The notes beneath the pieces are model-generated. The model searched no databases. It saw only the letters and a list, made by a program, of their open reading frames with translations, and had not been told where the DNA came from. From contig OZ251459.1 in assembly GCA_965242525.1 (NCBI GenBank), positions 1,888,001-1,952,000 on the forward strand: a stretch of DNA of 64,000 bases. The letters are read 5' to 3'. The DNA is from an uncultured Candidatus Binatia bacterium. Its GTDB lineage: Bacteria > Desulfobacterota > Binatia > UBA9968 > JAJDTQ01. The translations under genes were made by a program, and so were the position numbers. Below are positions 11,738-21,320 of the stretch, in pieces; within the stretch, counting starts at the first letter, position 1, and each line of letters begins with the position of its first letter.

Positions 11738-12385
11738 TCACTCGCCGGTCTGTTCCCCGGTCGACTCGGCCTTGGCCGCGGCGTCCTCCGCGGCTTCGCC
11801 CTCGGCCGCTTCCTCTTCCTTGGTGGAGACGGTGGGCGCCAGCACCGAGACCAGGGCCAGGTCCGGCGTGTGGTTGGCCACGTTGGGCGGCAGGGTGATG
11901 TCGCCGGCCTTGAGCCCGTGGCCGATCTGCAGCGACGACACGTCCACCTCCAACTGCGCCGGGATGTCCAGGGGCAGGCACTCCACCTCCAGCTCCCGCA
12001 CGATGGGCTGCAACACCCCGCCCTGGACCACTCCCTCGGCCCGCCCCACGAAATGGAGGCCCACCATCACGGTGATCTTCCGCGACACGTCCACCTCGTA
12101 GAAGTCGATGTGGGCGATGGCGTGGGTGACCGGGTGGTACTGGACCTCCTTGACGAGGACCAGCCTGCCGTCGAGTTGGTCGGAAGCGGACTTGAACCGG
12201 AGCAGGTGGGAGCCCTCCAGCCTGCCCACGCGGCTGCTGAGCTCCCGGTGGTCCACCTGCATGGCCACGCCGTCGGTCCCCCGACCGTAAACGACCCCCG
12301 GCAGCTTGCCGTTGCGGCGCAAGCGGCCGGCGTCGCGCTTGTTGCCCACTCGTCTCGACTCTACCGAAACCTCGACCGTTTCCAA
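11738..12385 (-). CDS. rplY: 50S ribosomal protein L25 (Ctc-type)
   Basis: RLRRNGKLPGVVYG, QYHPV...HIDFY; TTG start at 12385 downstream of an AGGAGG RBS. Confidence 0.93.
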   Translation of the reverse strand: METVEVSVESRRVGNKRDAGRLRRNGKLPGVVYGRGTDGVAMQVDHRELSSRVGRLEGSHLLRFKSASDQLDGRLVLVKEVQYHPVTHAIAHIDFYEVDVSRKITVMVGLHFVGRAEGVVQGGVLQPIVRELEVECLPLDIPAQLEVDVSSLQIGHGLKAGDITLPPNVANHTPDLALVSVLAPTVSTKEEEAAEGEAAEDAAAKAESTGEQTGE

Positions 12386-12414
12386 AACCGGAACCTCCTG
12401 ACTCGATGTGCGGA

Positions 12415-13365
12415 TCAGAAAAGGGAACTGATGGACCTTTCCAGATGGGTCCTGCGGATGGCTTCCCCGATCAGGTGCGCTACCGACAAGGGCTTGATCT
12501 TGCTGCACGCGGCCATCTTGTCGCTCAGGGGAATGGTGTCGGTGACCACCATCTCCTTCATGGGCGACTCGTTGATCCTGTCCAGGGCCTTCCCCGAAAG
12601 GATGGCGTGGGTGCAGCAGCCGATGACCCCCTTGGCGCCGGCCCGCACCAGGGCTTCCGCGGCCATGGCGATGGTCCCCGCGGTGTCCACCATGTCGTCG
12701 ATGAGGATGGTGGTCTTGCCTTCCACCTCGCCGATGATGTTCATCTCTTCCACCACGTTGGCGTCGGCCCGGCGCTTGTCGATGACCGCCAGGGACACGT
12801 TCAGCTTGGTGGCGAAGGCCCGGGCCCGTTGGGCGCCGCCCGCGTCCGGGGACACGACGATGAGCTCGTCCGGGCCGATACGCTCGCCCATGTACTCCAG
12901 CAGCACCGGCGAGGCGTAGAGGTTGTCCACCGGGATGTTGAAGAAGCCCTGTATCTGGCCCGAATGGAGGTCCATGGTGAGCATGCGCGAGGCGCCCGCG
13001 GTGGTGATGAGGTCCGCCACCAGCTTGGCGCTGATGGGCACCCGGGGAGCCACCTTGCGGTCCTGCCGGGCGTAGCCGTAGTACGGCACCACCGCGGTGA
13101 TCCTCTTTGCCGACGCACGCTTGAATGCGTCCAGCATGATGAGCAGCTCCATCAGGTTGTCGTTGCCCGGGGCGCACGTGGACTGGATCACGAAGACGTC
13201 GCAACCGCGCACGTTCTCCTTGATCTCCACCTTGCTTTCCCCGTCGCTGAAGGTCTCCACCACCGCCTCCCCCAGCGGGACTTCGAGGTCCTGGCAGATG
13301 GCCTGGGCCAGCGGGAGGTTGGAGTTGCCCGCGAAGACCCTCATTCCGTTGTGTGGCGATCCCAT
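12415..13365 (-). CDS. prs: Ribose-phosphate pyrophosphokinase
   Basis: FSDGE, PYYGYARQDRK, DLHSGQIQGFF, DDMVDTAGT. Confidence 0.97.
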   Translation of the reverse strand: MGSPHNGMRVFAGNSNLPLAQAICQDLEVPLGEAVVETFSDGESKVEIKENVRGCDVFVIQSTCAPGNDNLMELLIMLDAFKRASAKRITAVVPYYGYARQDRKVAPRVPISAKLVADLITTAGASRMLTMDLHSGQIQGFFNIPVDNLYASPVLLEYMGERIGPDELIVVSPDAGGAQRARAFATKLNVSLAVIDKRRADANVVEEMNIIGEVEGKTTILIDDMVDTAGTIAMAAEALVRAGAKGVIGCCTHAILSGKALDRINESPMKEMVVTDTIPLSDKMAACSKIKPLSVAHLIGEAIRRTHLERSISSLF

Positions 13366-13436
13366 GTCCCTACCTGCTTCGCTGAAGGGGAAGCGCCGGC
13401 GGCGTTCCGCTCACCGGCCCGTCCGGGGAGAGGGGT

Positions 13437-13511
13437 TGGCTGGGCGGGAAGGATTCGAACCTTCGAATACCGGATCCAAAATCCGGGGCCTTACCACTTG
13501 GCGACCGCCCA
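13437..13511 (-). tRNA. tRNA-Gln (TTG)
   Basis: TGGGCGGTCGCCAAGTGGTAAGGC-CCGGA-TTTTGGA-TCCGG...GGTTCGAATCC...CCGCCCAGCCA; typical position between ispE and prs. Confidence 0.95.
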
Positions 13512-13536
13512 TCCCGACCAGCGATGGCATGCGCCC

Positions 13537-14406
13537 TTACGTCAGCGAGAAAACCAGATGCGCACGAACGTCCTTTTCGCCCTCCAGCCCGGCGAACGCC
13601 GTCCTGGCGGCCGCCTCGTCGGCGAACAGCCCAAAGACCGCGGAACCGCTGCCGGACATGAGGCTGCCGAGGGCGCCCTCTTCGTCCAGCCGGCCCTTCA
13701 GTCGCGCAATGCGCGGATAGCGGCCGACGGTTACCGTTTCGAGGTCGTTGACCATGACCCGGGCGACTTCGCGAGGAGTGTCCAGATTTCCGGTCAAGTT
13801 ATTATTGTCCGACGGTTTTGTCAACTTGAGCGGGTAGTTGCGGTAAACCCAGGCGGTGGAGACCGGGAAATTCGGGAACAGCACCACCATCCAGAGCTTC
13901 GGCAGCGGACCCGCAGGGCCCAGCCGCTCGCCGATTCCCCCGGCCCGGGCGGCCCCGCCCCGGACGAAGAAGGGCGCGTCGGCGCCCACCGAGGCCGCCA
14001 GCTCCAGGAGGTCGTCGTCGGACAGGCCGGCCCCGAGCAGGCGGTTCATGCCCCGCAACGCAGCCGCGGCGTCGGTGCTGCCGCCTCCGAGTCCTGCGCC
14101 CACCGGGATGCGTTTCCGAATCTCCACCGCAACGGGGTCCCGGCGGCCCGTCCTCTTGCGGAACGCCAGGGCGGCGCGATGGACGGTGTTCTCCGGCCCC
14201 GGCGGGACCTCCGGGTGGTCCGCCCGCACCGTGGTGGACCCAGGGGGCCCGTCCGCCCGGGAGACCTCCACATCGTCCCCCAGGCTGATGGGCGCCATCA
14301 GGGTGTCCAGCAGGTGGTAGCCGTCCTCGCGTCGGCCCGTGACCCGGAGGTAGAGGTTCACCTTGGCGGGAGCGAACAGCCTCAGCGCCCCGGGCCGCCC
14401 GGTCAC
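13537..14406 (-). CDS. ispE: 4-diphosphocytidyl-2-C-methyl-D-erythritol kinase
   Basis: APAKVNLYL...GYH, IPVGAGLGGGSTDAA, MSGSGS; GTG start overlaps the upstream stop. Confidence 0.95.
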   Translation of the reverse strand: MTGRPGALRLFAPAKVNLYLRVTGRREDGYHLLDTLMAPISLGDDVEVSRADGPPGSTTVRADHPEVPPGPENTVHRAALAFRKRTGRRDPVAVEIRKRIPVGAGLGGGSTDAAAALRGMNRLLGAGLSDDDLLELAASVGADAPFFVRGGAARAGGIGERLGPAGPLPKLWMVVLFPNFPVSTAWVYRNYPLKLTKPSDNNNLTGNLDTPREVARVMVNDLETVTVGRYPRIARLKGRLDEEGALGSLMSGSGSAVFGLFADEAAARTAFAGLEGEKDVRAHLVFSLT

Positions 14407-15491
14407 GGCTTGATCAGCGCCTTGGTGGGGAACAGCTCCGGCACCTCGCCGCCCACCGCCTGGATGCACCGCTCGGTCTCGTCCAGCGAGAAGACGTGGC
14501 TCACCATCTCCTCCACCGGGAACCGGGTGGCCTCCATCAACCGGAGGGTGGCGTCCACCGCGTCGTTGTCGCCCGTGTACGCTCCCTGGACGCAGATCTC
14601 GCCCCACACGAGCCTGTCCATGAGCATGGGGGTGAGGGTCTTGTCACCCGTCAGTCCGCCGAGCACCAGCTTGCCCTGCCGTCGGAGGCATTCCACGGAG
14701 GCGCAGATGGCCGCAGGGTTGCCGGACACGTCCACCGCCACGTCCGCCATGGCGCCGCCGGTCTCCTCCCGTATGACGTCCACCACGTCCTCTTCCTCCA
14801 CGTTGATGGTGCGATGCGCGCCGAACCGTCGGGCCGCTTCCAGCCGGCTCTCGTCCCGGCCGACGCCGGTGACGAATATGCGGGCCGCCCCCGCGTGGCT
14901 CGATGCGAACGTGCAGGCCAGTCCCTGCTGGCCGGGTCCCTGGACCAGCACGTAGTCGCCCATCTTGACGCCGCCGTGCCGCAGCGCCCACTGGAAGCCG
15001 TTGGCCATGACCGATCCCACGAGGGCCGCGGCCTCCGCGGGCAGGCGGTCGCCGATGCGGGTCAGCAAGGCGGCGGGCGTGATGTACAGGTACTCGGCGA
15101 AACCGCCGAACAGGTGCGGCGGGGCCTCCGAGGACATCCTCGAGCCGTAGGCGGAGCGTCGCTTGCAGAACCGGTCGCCGCCGCGGCGGCAGTCCGCGCA
15201 GCGGCCGCACCCCAGCGACCCCTTGATGATGACCCGGTCGCCTTCCCGGACGCGGTGGATCGCCGCGGCCCTGGCCCCGAGCTTCTCCACCCGGCCGAGG
15301 ATCTCGTGTCCCAGGATGATGGGCATGGGCAGGTCCAGCTTGCCCGTGTAGTATTTGTAGTCCGTCCCGCACACCCCGCCCATCTCCACCTTCAGGAGTC
15401 CTCCGTCGGGCGGAACCTCCGGTATGGGGTACTCGCGGACCTCGATCTTCCCCGGCGCCACCAGGGTGGCCGCCCTGCAGGTTTCGCTCAC
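14403..15491 (-). CDS. Zinc-binding alcohol dehydrogenase (MDR), paralogue 1
   Basis: GVCGTD, GHE, CGRCADC...C, GPGQQG. Confidence 0.92.
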   Translation of the reverse strand: MSETCRAATLVAPGKIEVREYPIPEVPPDGGLLKVEMGGVCGTDYKYYTGKLDLPMPIILGHEILGRVEKLGARAAAIHRVREGDRVIIKGSLGCGRCADCRRGGDRFCKRRSAYGSRMSSEAPPHLFGGFAEYLYITPAALLTRIGDRLPAEAAALVGSVMANGFQWALRHGGVKMGDYVLVQGPGQQGLACTFASSHAGAARIFVTGVGRDESRLEAARRFGAHRTINVEEEDVVDVIREETGGAMADVAVDVSGNPAAICASVECLRRQGKLVLGGLTGDKTLTPMLMDRLVWGEICVQGAYTGDNDAVDATLRLMEATRFPVEEMVSHVFSLDETERCIQAVGGEVPELFPTKALIKP

Positions 15492-15570
15492 GAGTCGTCT
15501 CCGCCAGGCCGCCGGCCTCGGCGGCCGAAAGCCTGCTGCAACGGGGCAAGGCCCCGCGGCGCTGCCCCGG

Positions 15571-16659
15571 TCACGGCTTGATCAGCGCCTTGGTGGGGAA
15601 CAGCTCCGGCACCTCGCCGCCCACCGCCTGGATGCACCGCTCGGTCTCTTCCAGCGAGAAGACGTGGCTCACCATCTCCTCCACCGGGAACCGGGTGGCC
15701 TCGATGAGCCGCATGGTGGCCTCCACCGCGTCGTTGTCGCCGGTGAAGCAGCCCTGGAGCTTGATCTCGCCCCACACGAGCTTGTCCATGTGGACCTCGG
15801 TGACGGTGGCGTCGCCGGTGAGCCCGGCCAGCACCAGGGTCCCCTGCCGGCGCAGGCAGTCGATGGAGGCCAGGATGGCCTTGGGGTTGCCGGACACGTC
15901 CACCACCACGTCCACCATGGCGCCGTCGGTCTCTTCCCGTATGACGTCCACCACGTCCTCTTCCTCCACGTTGATGATCCGGTGGGCGCCCCACTTCTTC
16001 GCCAACTCCAGCCGCGGCTTGTCCCGGCCGATCCCCGACACGAAGATCCGCGCCGCGCCCGCCTGCTTCGAGGCGAAGGTGCACGCCAGGCCCTGCTGGC
16101 CGGGACCCTGGATCAGCACGTAGTCGCCCATCTTGACGCCGCCCCGGCGGAGCGCCCACTGGAAGCCGTTGGCCATGACCGAGCCGATCAGCGCCGCGGC
16201 CTCCGGCGGAAGCTCGTCGCTGATGGGGGTCATCAGCACGTCGGGCGCCAGGTAGAGGTAGTCCGCGAAGCCGCCGAACAGGTGGGGAGGGTCGGCGCAG
16301 GTGGTGCGGCCGCCGTAGTTGGTGCGGTTCCTGCAGAACCGCTGGGCGTTGCGGCGGCAGTCGGCGCAACGGCCGCAGCCGATGGCGCCCTTGAGGATCA
16401 CCCGGTCGCCTTCCTTGACGCCGTGGATCTTCTCGGCCTTGGCCCCGAGCTTGGCCACCCGGCCGAGGATCTCGTGTCCCAGGATGATGGGCAACGGCAG
16501 GTTGATGCGCCCGTGGTAGTACTTCACGTCGGAGCCGCACACCCCGCCCATCTCCACCTGCAACAGTCCGCCGTCGTCCGGGATGTCGGGTATGGGGTAT
16601 TCCCGGATCTCCAGTTGGTTGGGCCCCACCAGAGTCGCCGCCCTGCTGGTCTGTGCCAT
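15571..16659 (-). CDS. Zinc-binding alcohol dehydrogenase (MDR), paralogue 2
   Basis: Same motifs; ATG at 16659 after GGAGG; 362 aa, as is paralogue 1. Confidence 0.92.
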   Translation of the reverse strand: MAQTSRAATLVGPNQLEIREYPIPDIPDDGGLLQVEMGGVCGSDVKYYHGRINLPLPIILGHEILGRVAKLGAKAEKIHGVKEGDRVILKGAIGCGRCADCRRNAQRFCRNRTNYGGRTTCADPPHLFGGFADYLYLAPDVLMTPISDELPPEAAALIGSVMANGFQWALRRGGVKMGDYVLIQGPGQQGLACTFASKQAGAARIFVSGIGRDKPRLELAKKWGAHRIINVEEEDVVDVIREETDGAMVDVVVDVSGNPKAILASIDCLRRQGTLVLAGLTGDATVTEVHMDKLVWGEIKLQGCFTGDNDAVEATMRLIEATRFPVEEMVSHVFSLEETERCIQAVGGEVPELFPTKALIKP

Positions 16660-16734
16660 CGTGGACCTCCTTGCTCTGCCTTGCGGAACCTCTGATCGAT
16701 TCCGGCTCGATGCGCTTCTCCTACGGAAAAGCGC

Positions 16735-16823
16735 GTCCTTCGACTTCGCTTCGCTACGCTCAGGACGAACGGGACCATCGTTCAGGGTTTCCTTGCGAAC
16801 TTCCCTCCGCTTTGCGAACTTCC
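16735..16823. repeat. Intergenic REP-like element plus short direct repeat
   Basis: GTCCTTCGACTTCGCTTCGCTACGCTCAGGACGAACGG imperfect palindrome (16735-16772) and TTGCGAACTTCC twice (16793, 16812). Confidence 0.55.
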
Positions 16824-16886
16824 GAGTTCCGTGGCGCTCCACGCGCCGCGGACGCGCGTTCGTCGGGGTTCCGGTCCCGTCGCGGT

Positions 16887-18242
16887 TCACCCCACGTAGT
16901 CTTCCAGCCGCACCCTTTCGCGGACCTCCCTGGGCACGTCGAGCCTCTTGGGGAAGTCGCTCCTCTTCTTGGTGGCGTCGATCACCATCTTGGCCGTCAG
17001 CCCTCCCGGACCGCTCGACGGGTCGGTCTCCGACCCCTGGCAACGGGGGATGACCAGGGTGTCGGCGTCCGCCTGCACCCGGTTGGCCACCGCCCACATG
17101 ACGTCCCGGTCGTTGTAGACGTCCACGTCCCCGTCCACGACGATCACGAGCTTCAGGTAGAGGTCCGTGGCCATGGCCGCCATGACCGCGTTGCGGACCT
17201 CGCCGTCGCTGCGCTTGTCCAGGGCGATGTAGCAATGGAAACGCGAGCACCCCGACGGCGGCATGTGGACCGCGCGCGTGCCCGCGGCCACCGCCTTCAC
17301 CGCCTCGAAGAGCGCGGCCTCCCGCGGGATGGAGCCCATGAGCCGCTGCTCGGAGTGGCCCGTGAAGATGTCCTGGTAGAGCGGCTTCTCCCGGAACGTG
17401 ACGCCGGTGACCTCGGCCACGTGGTTCTTGCGCACGCCCACCGCGTGGCCGGTGAACTCGCCGAAGGGCCCCTCTTCCTCGCGCACGTGGGGCAGGATGC
17501 GCCCCTCCAGCACCATTTCCGCATGGGCCGGCGCTTCGAGCCCCACGGTCTCGCACCGGGTCAGCGCCACCGGCTCCTGCAACATGCCGCCGATGACGTC
17601 GTACTCGTCCACGTCGAAGGGCGCCAGCGACAACGCGCCGATGGCGAAGGCGGGATGGACCCCCACGATGACGGCCACCTCCAGGGGCTCGCCCCGTTCC
17701 TCGGCGTTGCGCTGGCAGCGCCGGAGGTGCATGCCCGGGGCCAGGTGCAGGCGCAGCCGGTTCCGCTCCACCATCATGGCGCGGTTGAAGCTCAGGTTGC
17801 GCACGCCGCTCAGGGGGTCCCGCGCCACCACGATGCCCGCGGTCACGTAGGGGGCGGTGCTCACGTCGAAGTGGGTCAGCAGCGGGAGCTCTCCCAGATC
17901 GACTTCCGCGCCCGTGCGCACCACCTCCTTCACCGGACCGTCCCGGGCGGGCTCCGGGGCCACGGGGTTGCCTTCCCGCCTGCGGTACTCCTCCACGAGG
18001 TCGTCGGCGTCCACGTCCAGGGCCATGGCTAGGCGCCGGCGGGTGGCGTGGAGGTTGGTGACCACCGGCATGGAGGAGCCTTCGACCTCGTGGAAGAACA
18101 GCGTCGGGAACCTGCCGGAGGACTCCAGTTCCATGAGCAGGCCGGTCACCTCGTGTTCGCGCCGCACCGCCTTCCTCACGTGCAGCAGCTCTTCGGGTCC
18201 TTCGGTTTCCAGACGGTCCATGAACGACCGCAGGTCCTTCAT
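16887..18242 (-). CDS. UbiD family (prFMN-dependent) decarboxylase
   Basis: RNLSFNR, EEGPFGEFTGH, VIVVDGDVDV...V.WA. Confidence 0.93.
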   Translation of the reverse strand: MKDLRSFMDRLETEGPEELLHVRKAVRREHEVTGLLMELESSGRFPTLFFHEVEGSSMPVVTNLHATRRRLAMALDVDADDLVEEYRRREGNPVAPEPARDGPVKEVVRTGAEVDLGELPLLTHFDVSTAPYVTAGIVVARDPLSGVRNLSFNRAMMVERNRLRLHLAPGMHLRRCQRNAEERGEPLEVAVIVGVHPAFAIGALSLAPFDVDEYDVIGGMLQEPVALTRCETVGLEAPAHAEMVLEGRILPHVREEEGPFGEFTGHAVGVRKNHVAEVTGVTFREKPLYQDIFTGHSEQRLMGSIPREAALFEAVKAVAAGTRAVHMPPSGCSRFHCYIALDKRSDGEVRNAVMAAMATDLYLKLVIVVDGDVDVYNDRDVMWAVANRVQADADTLVIPRCQGSETDPSSGPGGLTAKMVIDATKKRSDFPKRLDVPREVRERVRLEDYVG

Positions 18243-18294
18243 GCGGTTCCTCCCTCGTCCCGGGGTCCGTCCCTGCTTCCCCGCGGGCGCCCCG

Positions 18295-19290
18295 TCAGCG
18301 CGCGCCGAAGAGCCGCTCCGCGTTGCCGCCGAGGATCCTGTCCCGGTCCGCCCGGTCGAGACGCAGCTTTTCCACGATCTCCGTGGGGTTGGGGTCGCCG
18401 ATGCCGAACGGGCAGTCGCTGCCCAGGAGGACGTGGTCGGCGCCCGCCTCCGCCACCAGGAACTCCAGCACGTCCGGCTCGAACACGATGGTGTCGTAGT
18501 AGAACCAGCGCAGCACGTCCCGCCCCATGAGGGCGGTGGACTTCCGGATCTCCGGCTGGATCTCCCGGCCCCGGGTCATGCGGCCGAACTGGTAGGGCAG
18601 GAAGCCGCCGCCGTGGCAAAGGATGACCTTGAGGTCCGGGAACCGGTCCAGCACGCCGCCGAAGTAGAGGCAGGCCACGCCTACGGTGGTGTCGGCCAGG
18701 AGGCCCACGATATGGGTCAGGAAATAGGAACCCAGGCGTTCGATGCCCAGGGGGTTCAGCGGGTGGATGATGAGCGGGACCCCCAGGCGCTCCGCGGCCT
18801 TCCAGAAGGGGTCCAGGGACGGGTCGTCGAGGTTGGCGCCGTCGATGTTGGAGCCGATCATGGCGCCGATGAGGCCGCATTCGGTGACCGCGAACTCCAG
18901 CTCCTCGGCCGCGCGCGCGCCGTCCTGCAACGGCACGGTGGCGGTGCCGCGGAACAGGCCGTCCGCGGAGGCCAGCGCCTCCCCCATGGACTCGTTCAAC
19001 ATGCGGCTCCACCGGACCGCCTCGTCCACCGGCAGCGAGTAGCCCACGATGTCCATCCAGGCGGACAGGACCTGCCGGTCCACGCGGCTCTCCCGCAAGG
19101 TTTCCCGGCGCTTGGGAAGGTCCGTGGCCGGGGCCAGGATGGGCCGGGCCAGGGGCCTCCCCTGCCCCAAGCGCAGGCGCGGCCCCTGGGGCGTGTCCTC
19201 CCCCACCTCCACTCCGAACGAAGGCCCGTCCTTCCGCAGCCGTTCCAGCACGGCCGGCGGCACGTAATGGGCGTGGCAGTCGATATTCAT
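18295..19290 (-). CDS. Amidohydrolase family protein (ACMSD/LigW-like decarboxylase)
   Basis: IDCHAH, IIHP, CHGGG.LP, LLGSDCPF. Confidence 0.88.
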   Translation of the reverse strand: MNIDCHAHYVPPAVLERLRKDGPSFGVEVGEDTPQGPRLRLGQGRPLARPILAPATDLPKRRETLRESRVDRQVLSAWMDIVGYSLPVDEAVRWSRMLNESMGEALASADGLFRGTATVPLQDGARAAEELEFAVTECGLIGAMIGSNIDGANLDDPSLDPFWKAAERLGVPLIIHPLNPLGIERLGSYFLTHIVGLLADTTVGVACLYFGGVLDRFPDLKVILCHGGGFLPYQFGRMTRGREIQPEIRKSTALMGRDVLRWFYYDTIVFEPDVLEFLVAEAGADHVLLGSDCPFGIGDPNPTEIVEKLRLDRADRDRILGGNAERLFGAR

Positions 19291-19344
19291 GGGGCTTCGA
19301 ATACCACTTTTTGCGGAAATGCTGCTAGTAAGGGTTCGATTTTA

Positions 19345-20232
19345 GTTGCCATACAACGGTGTTCCGCTGGCTGGCGTTGTACCGCAGCGGGGGATGGGGG
19401 AAGCTGGACGCCCGCAAGCGAGGGGGACGGCCTCCGAAGCTGGATGCGAAGGCGCTGAAATGGCTTTATGACACGGTGGTGGAGAAGAACCCGTTGCAGT
19501 TGCGGTTCCCGTTTGCGCTGTGGACGGCGAAGATGGTGCAGGAGTTGATCGACAGGCGATGGGGGGTGCGGCTGAGTCACAGTACGGTGTGCCGGTTGCT
19601 GGGGCAGATGGGATTGAGCGTGCAGCGGCCTGTTTGGCGTGCCTATCAACAGGACCCGGAGGCGGCCCGTCATTGGCGGGAGGAGGAATATCCGAAGCTG
19701 CATGACCGGGCGAAGCGTGTGGGGGCGCAGACCTTCTTCGGAGACGAGGCGGGGGTTCGTTCGGACAGTCATTGGGGCACGACCTGGGGGCTTCGGGGGC
19801 ATACTCCGGTGGTGTCGGGCACGGGGGCGCGGTTTGGGGCGAACCTCATCTCTGCCATCAGCGCCCGTGGGCATCTTCGCTTCATGGTGACTCCGGGGCG
19901 AGTGACGGCGCCGGTGTTCATCGGATTTCTCCGACGCCTGATGGTGAATGCGACCTCTCCCATTTTCCTGATTGTGGACGGCCACCCGGTCCATCGGGCC
20001 AAGTCGGTGAGGCGTTTCGTGGCGGAACAGGAAGGGATGCTCGAGTTGCATTACCTGCCGCCGTACTCGCCGGAACTCAACCCGGACGAACTGGTGTGAA
20101 CAACTTGAAGAACCAGGCGTTGGGGCGCAAGCGGATCACATCCCGGGAAACCTTGCGAGCCATGACCATGTCTCACCTGCGTCGGATGCAACGACTGCCT
20201 GCCTTGATCCGGAGTTTCTCCCATGCTCCATC
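19345..20232 (+). mobile_element. IS630-family transposase relic (5'-truncated, frameshifted)
   Basis: FFGDE, LIVDGHPVH, YLPPYSPELNPDE; GTG TGA ACA AC at ~20097 is consistent with a 1-bp deletion from GTG TGG AAC AAC, with the C-terminus (NNLKNQALGRK...RSF) in another frame. Confidence 0.88.
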
Positions 20233-20251
20233 ATTGGGAAACTCAATAACA

Positions 20252-20746
20252 TCACGGCCTCAACCCCATGTTTCGGCAGACGAATTTCAAGCCCCTGTCT
20301 AATCCTCTTCTAAACGAAACGACGATGGTGGCCGGACCAGCTGCTGCAACCGATCCCAAAGTAGTCACTTGAACCCCCCTTGTTTCTGTAGTTATCGTAA
20401 CGTTGACGATTTGCTTCCATCCGTATTCTAAAACGATAGAATCGTTTTCCCGATAAAGTTTGTAGAAGGCTAGATCACCTGACCTGTAGTATTCTGAGTA
20501 TTCTGACGGTGCAATAATTACTGCCTCGTCATTTTCCCAGTCGATGCGTGGAATCCCATCCTTCATGTTCCAGCCTGCACTCCGCAACACTTCCTTCATT
20601 CTCTCTTCGGTTGTGACTCCTTCGCATGGGAAACTATCTCCTTCCTGCGTGGACTCATTCCAATACCCTGTGTGTTCCGACGCATGGGCAACTGTTGCAA
20701 AGGCAACCAAAAGAAAGAGTAGGAGCTTGCAGTCAAATATTTTCAT
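20252..20746 (-). CDS. Hypothetical secreted protein
   Basis: N-terminal signal peptide (AHA cleavage site); AT-rich; ATGA overlap with upstream gene. Confidence 0.65.
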   Translation of the reverse strand: MKIFDCKLLLFLLVAFATVAHASEHTGYWNESTQEGDSFPCEGVTTEERMKEVLRSAGWNMKDGIPRIDWENDEAVIIAPSEYSEYYRSGDLAFYKLYRENDSIVLEYGWKQIVNVTITTETRGVQVTTLGSVAAAGPATIVVSFRRGLDRGLKFVCRNMGLRP

Positions 20747-21273
20747 TTCTTTCTCCTTACGGTCGTTTCAGGAGCACCGACAGGCTTCATTGATCTCGAT
20801 GGTTTTTGACTTGGCCTGATTTCTTGAGGCGATTCTAGTCCTTGACGATCATATGAAACGTATGTTTTAGTTGAGAGTACAAACATAGTTAAAAGGACTC
20901 CCAACGTCACCATGACGAGTCCAGGAGAAGTCATTGACAAGGCGGCTTTGAAATCAGCATTCTCCGCCTTCAATTCGAAATTTGTTTCTCCAGCCCTAAG
21001 GACATACAGTGCACCTGTGAAGATAAGCACATATGAGAGGAATATAGCGGATGTCTTGACCACGGCAAAGTCCCACGCTCGCGAATACGCGATCACACTT
21101 GCATGGTCAATATATTTCGGATCAGCTAATGCAAATCCAATCCCTTCCCTGTAGTTGGAGTACTGGATGGAAAGATTGGCAACCAGAAGGACTATTAGAG
21201 TGATGAGAAGTACTGCAACAGCTACGAATATTGCAGCATCGAGTCGATTTGTTAATTTTGGATCGGACATCAA
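20743..21273 (-). CDS. Hypothetical membrane protein (about 3 TM)
   Basis: Three hydrophobic segments; AT-rich DNA. Confidence 0.7.
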   Translation of the reverse strand: MMSDPKLTNRLDAAIFVAVAVLLITLIVLLVANLSIQYSNYREGIGFALADPKYIDHASVIAYSRAWDFAVVKTSAIFLSYVLIFTGALYVLRAGETNFELKAENADFKAALSMTSPGLVMVTLGVLLTMFVLSTKTYVSYDRQGLESPQEIRPSQKPSRSMKPVGAPETTVRRKK

Positions 21274-21320
21274 TATGTCTCTAGGTTGGTGACGGATCCG
21301 ATAAGACAGTTTCCCCGAGA

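Noticed and set aside
11738-13204. 488-aa ORF suggesting an extended or fused L25
   Set aside because: The upstream part overlaps prs in another frame; the real start is TTG at 12385 with an RBS
13437-13511. tRNA-Gln as an integration site for an island
   Set aside because: No integrase and no duplicated tRNA 3' end seen; flanks are the canonical ispE and prs
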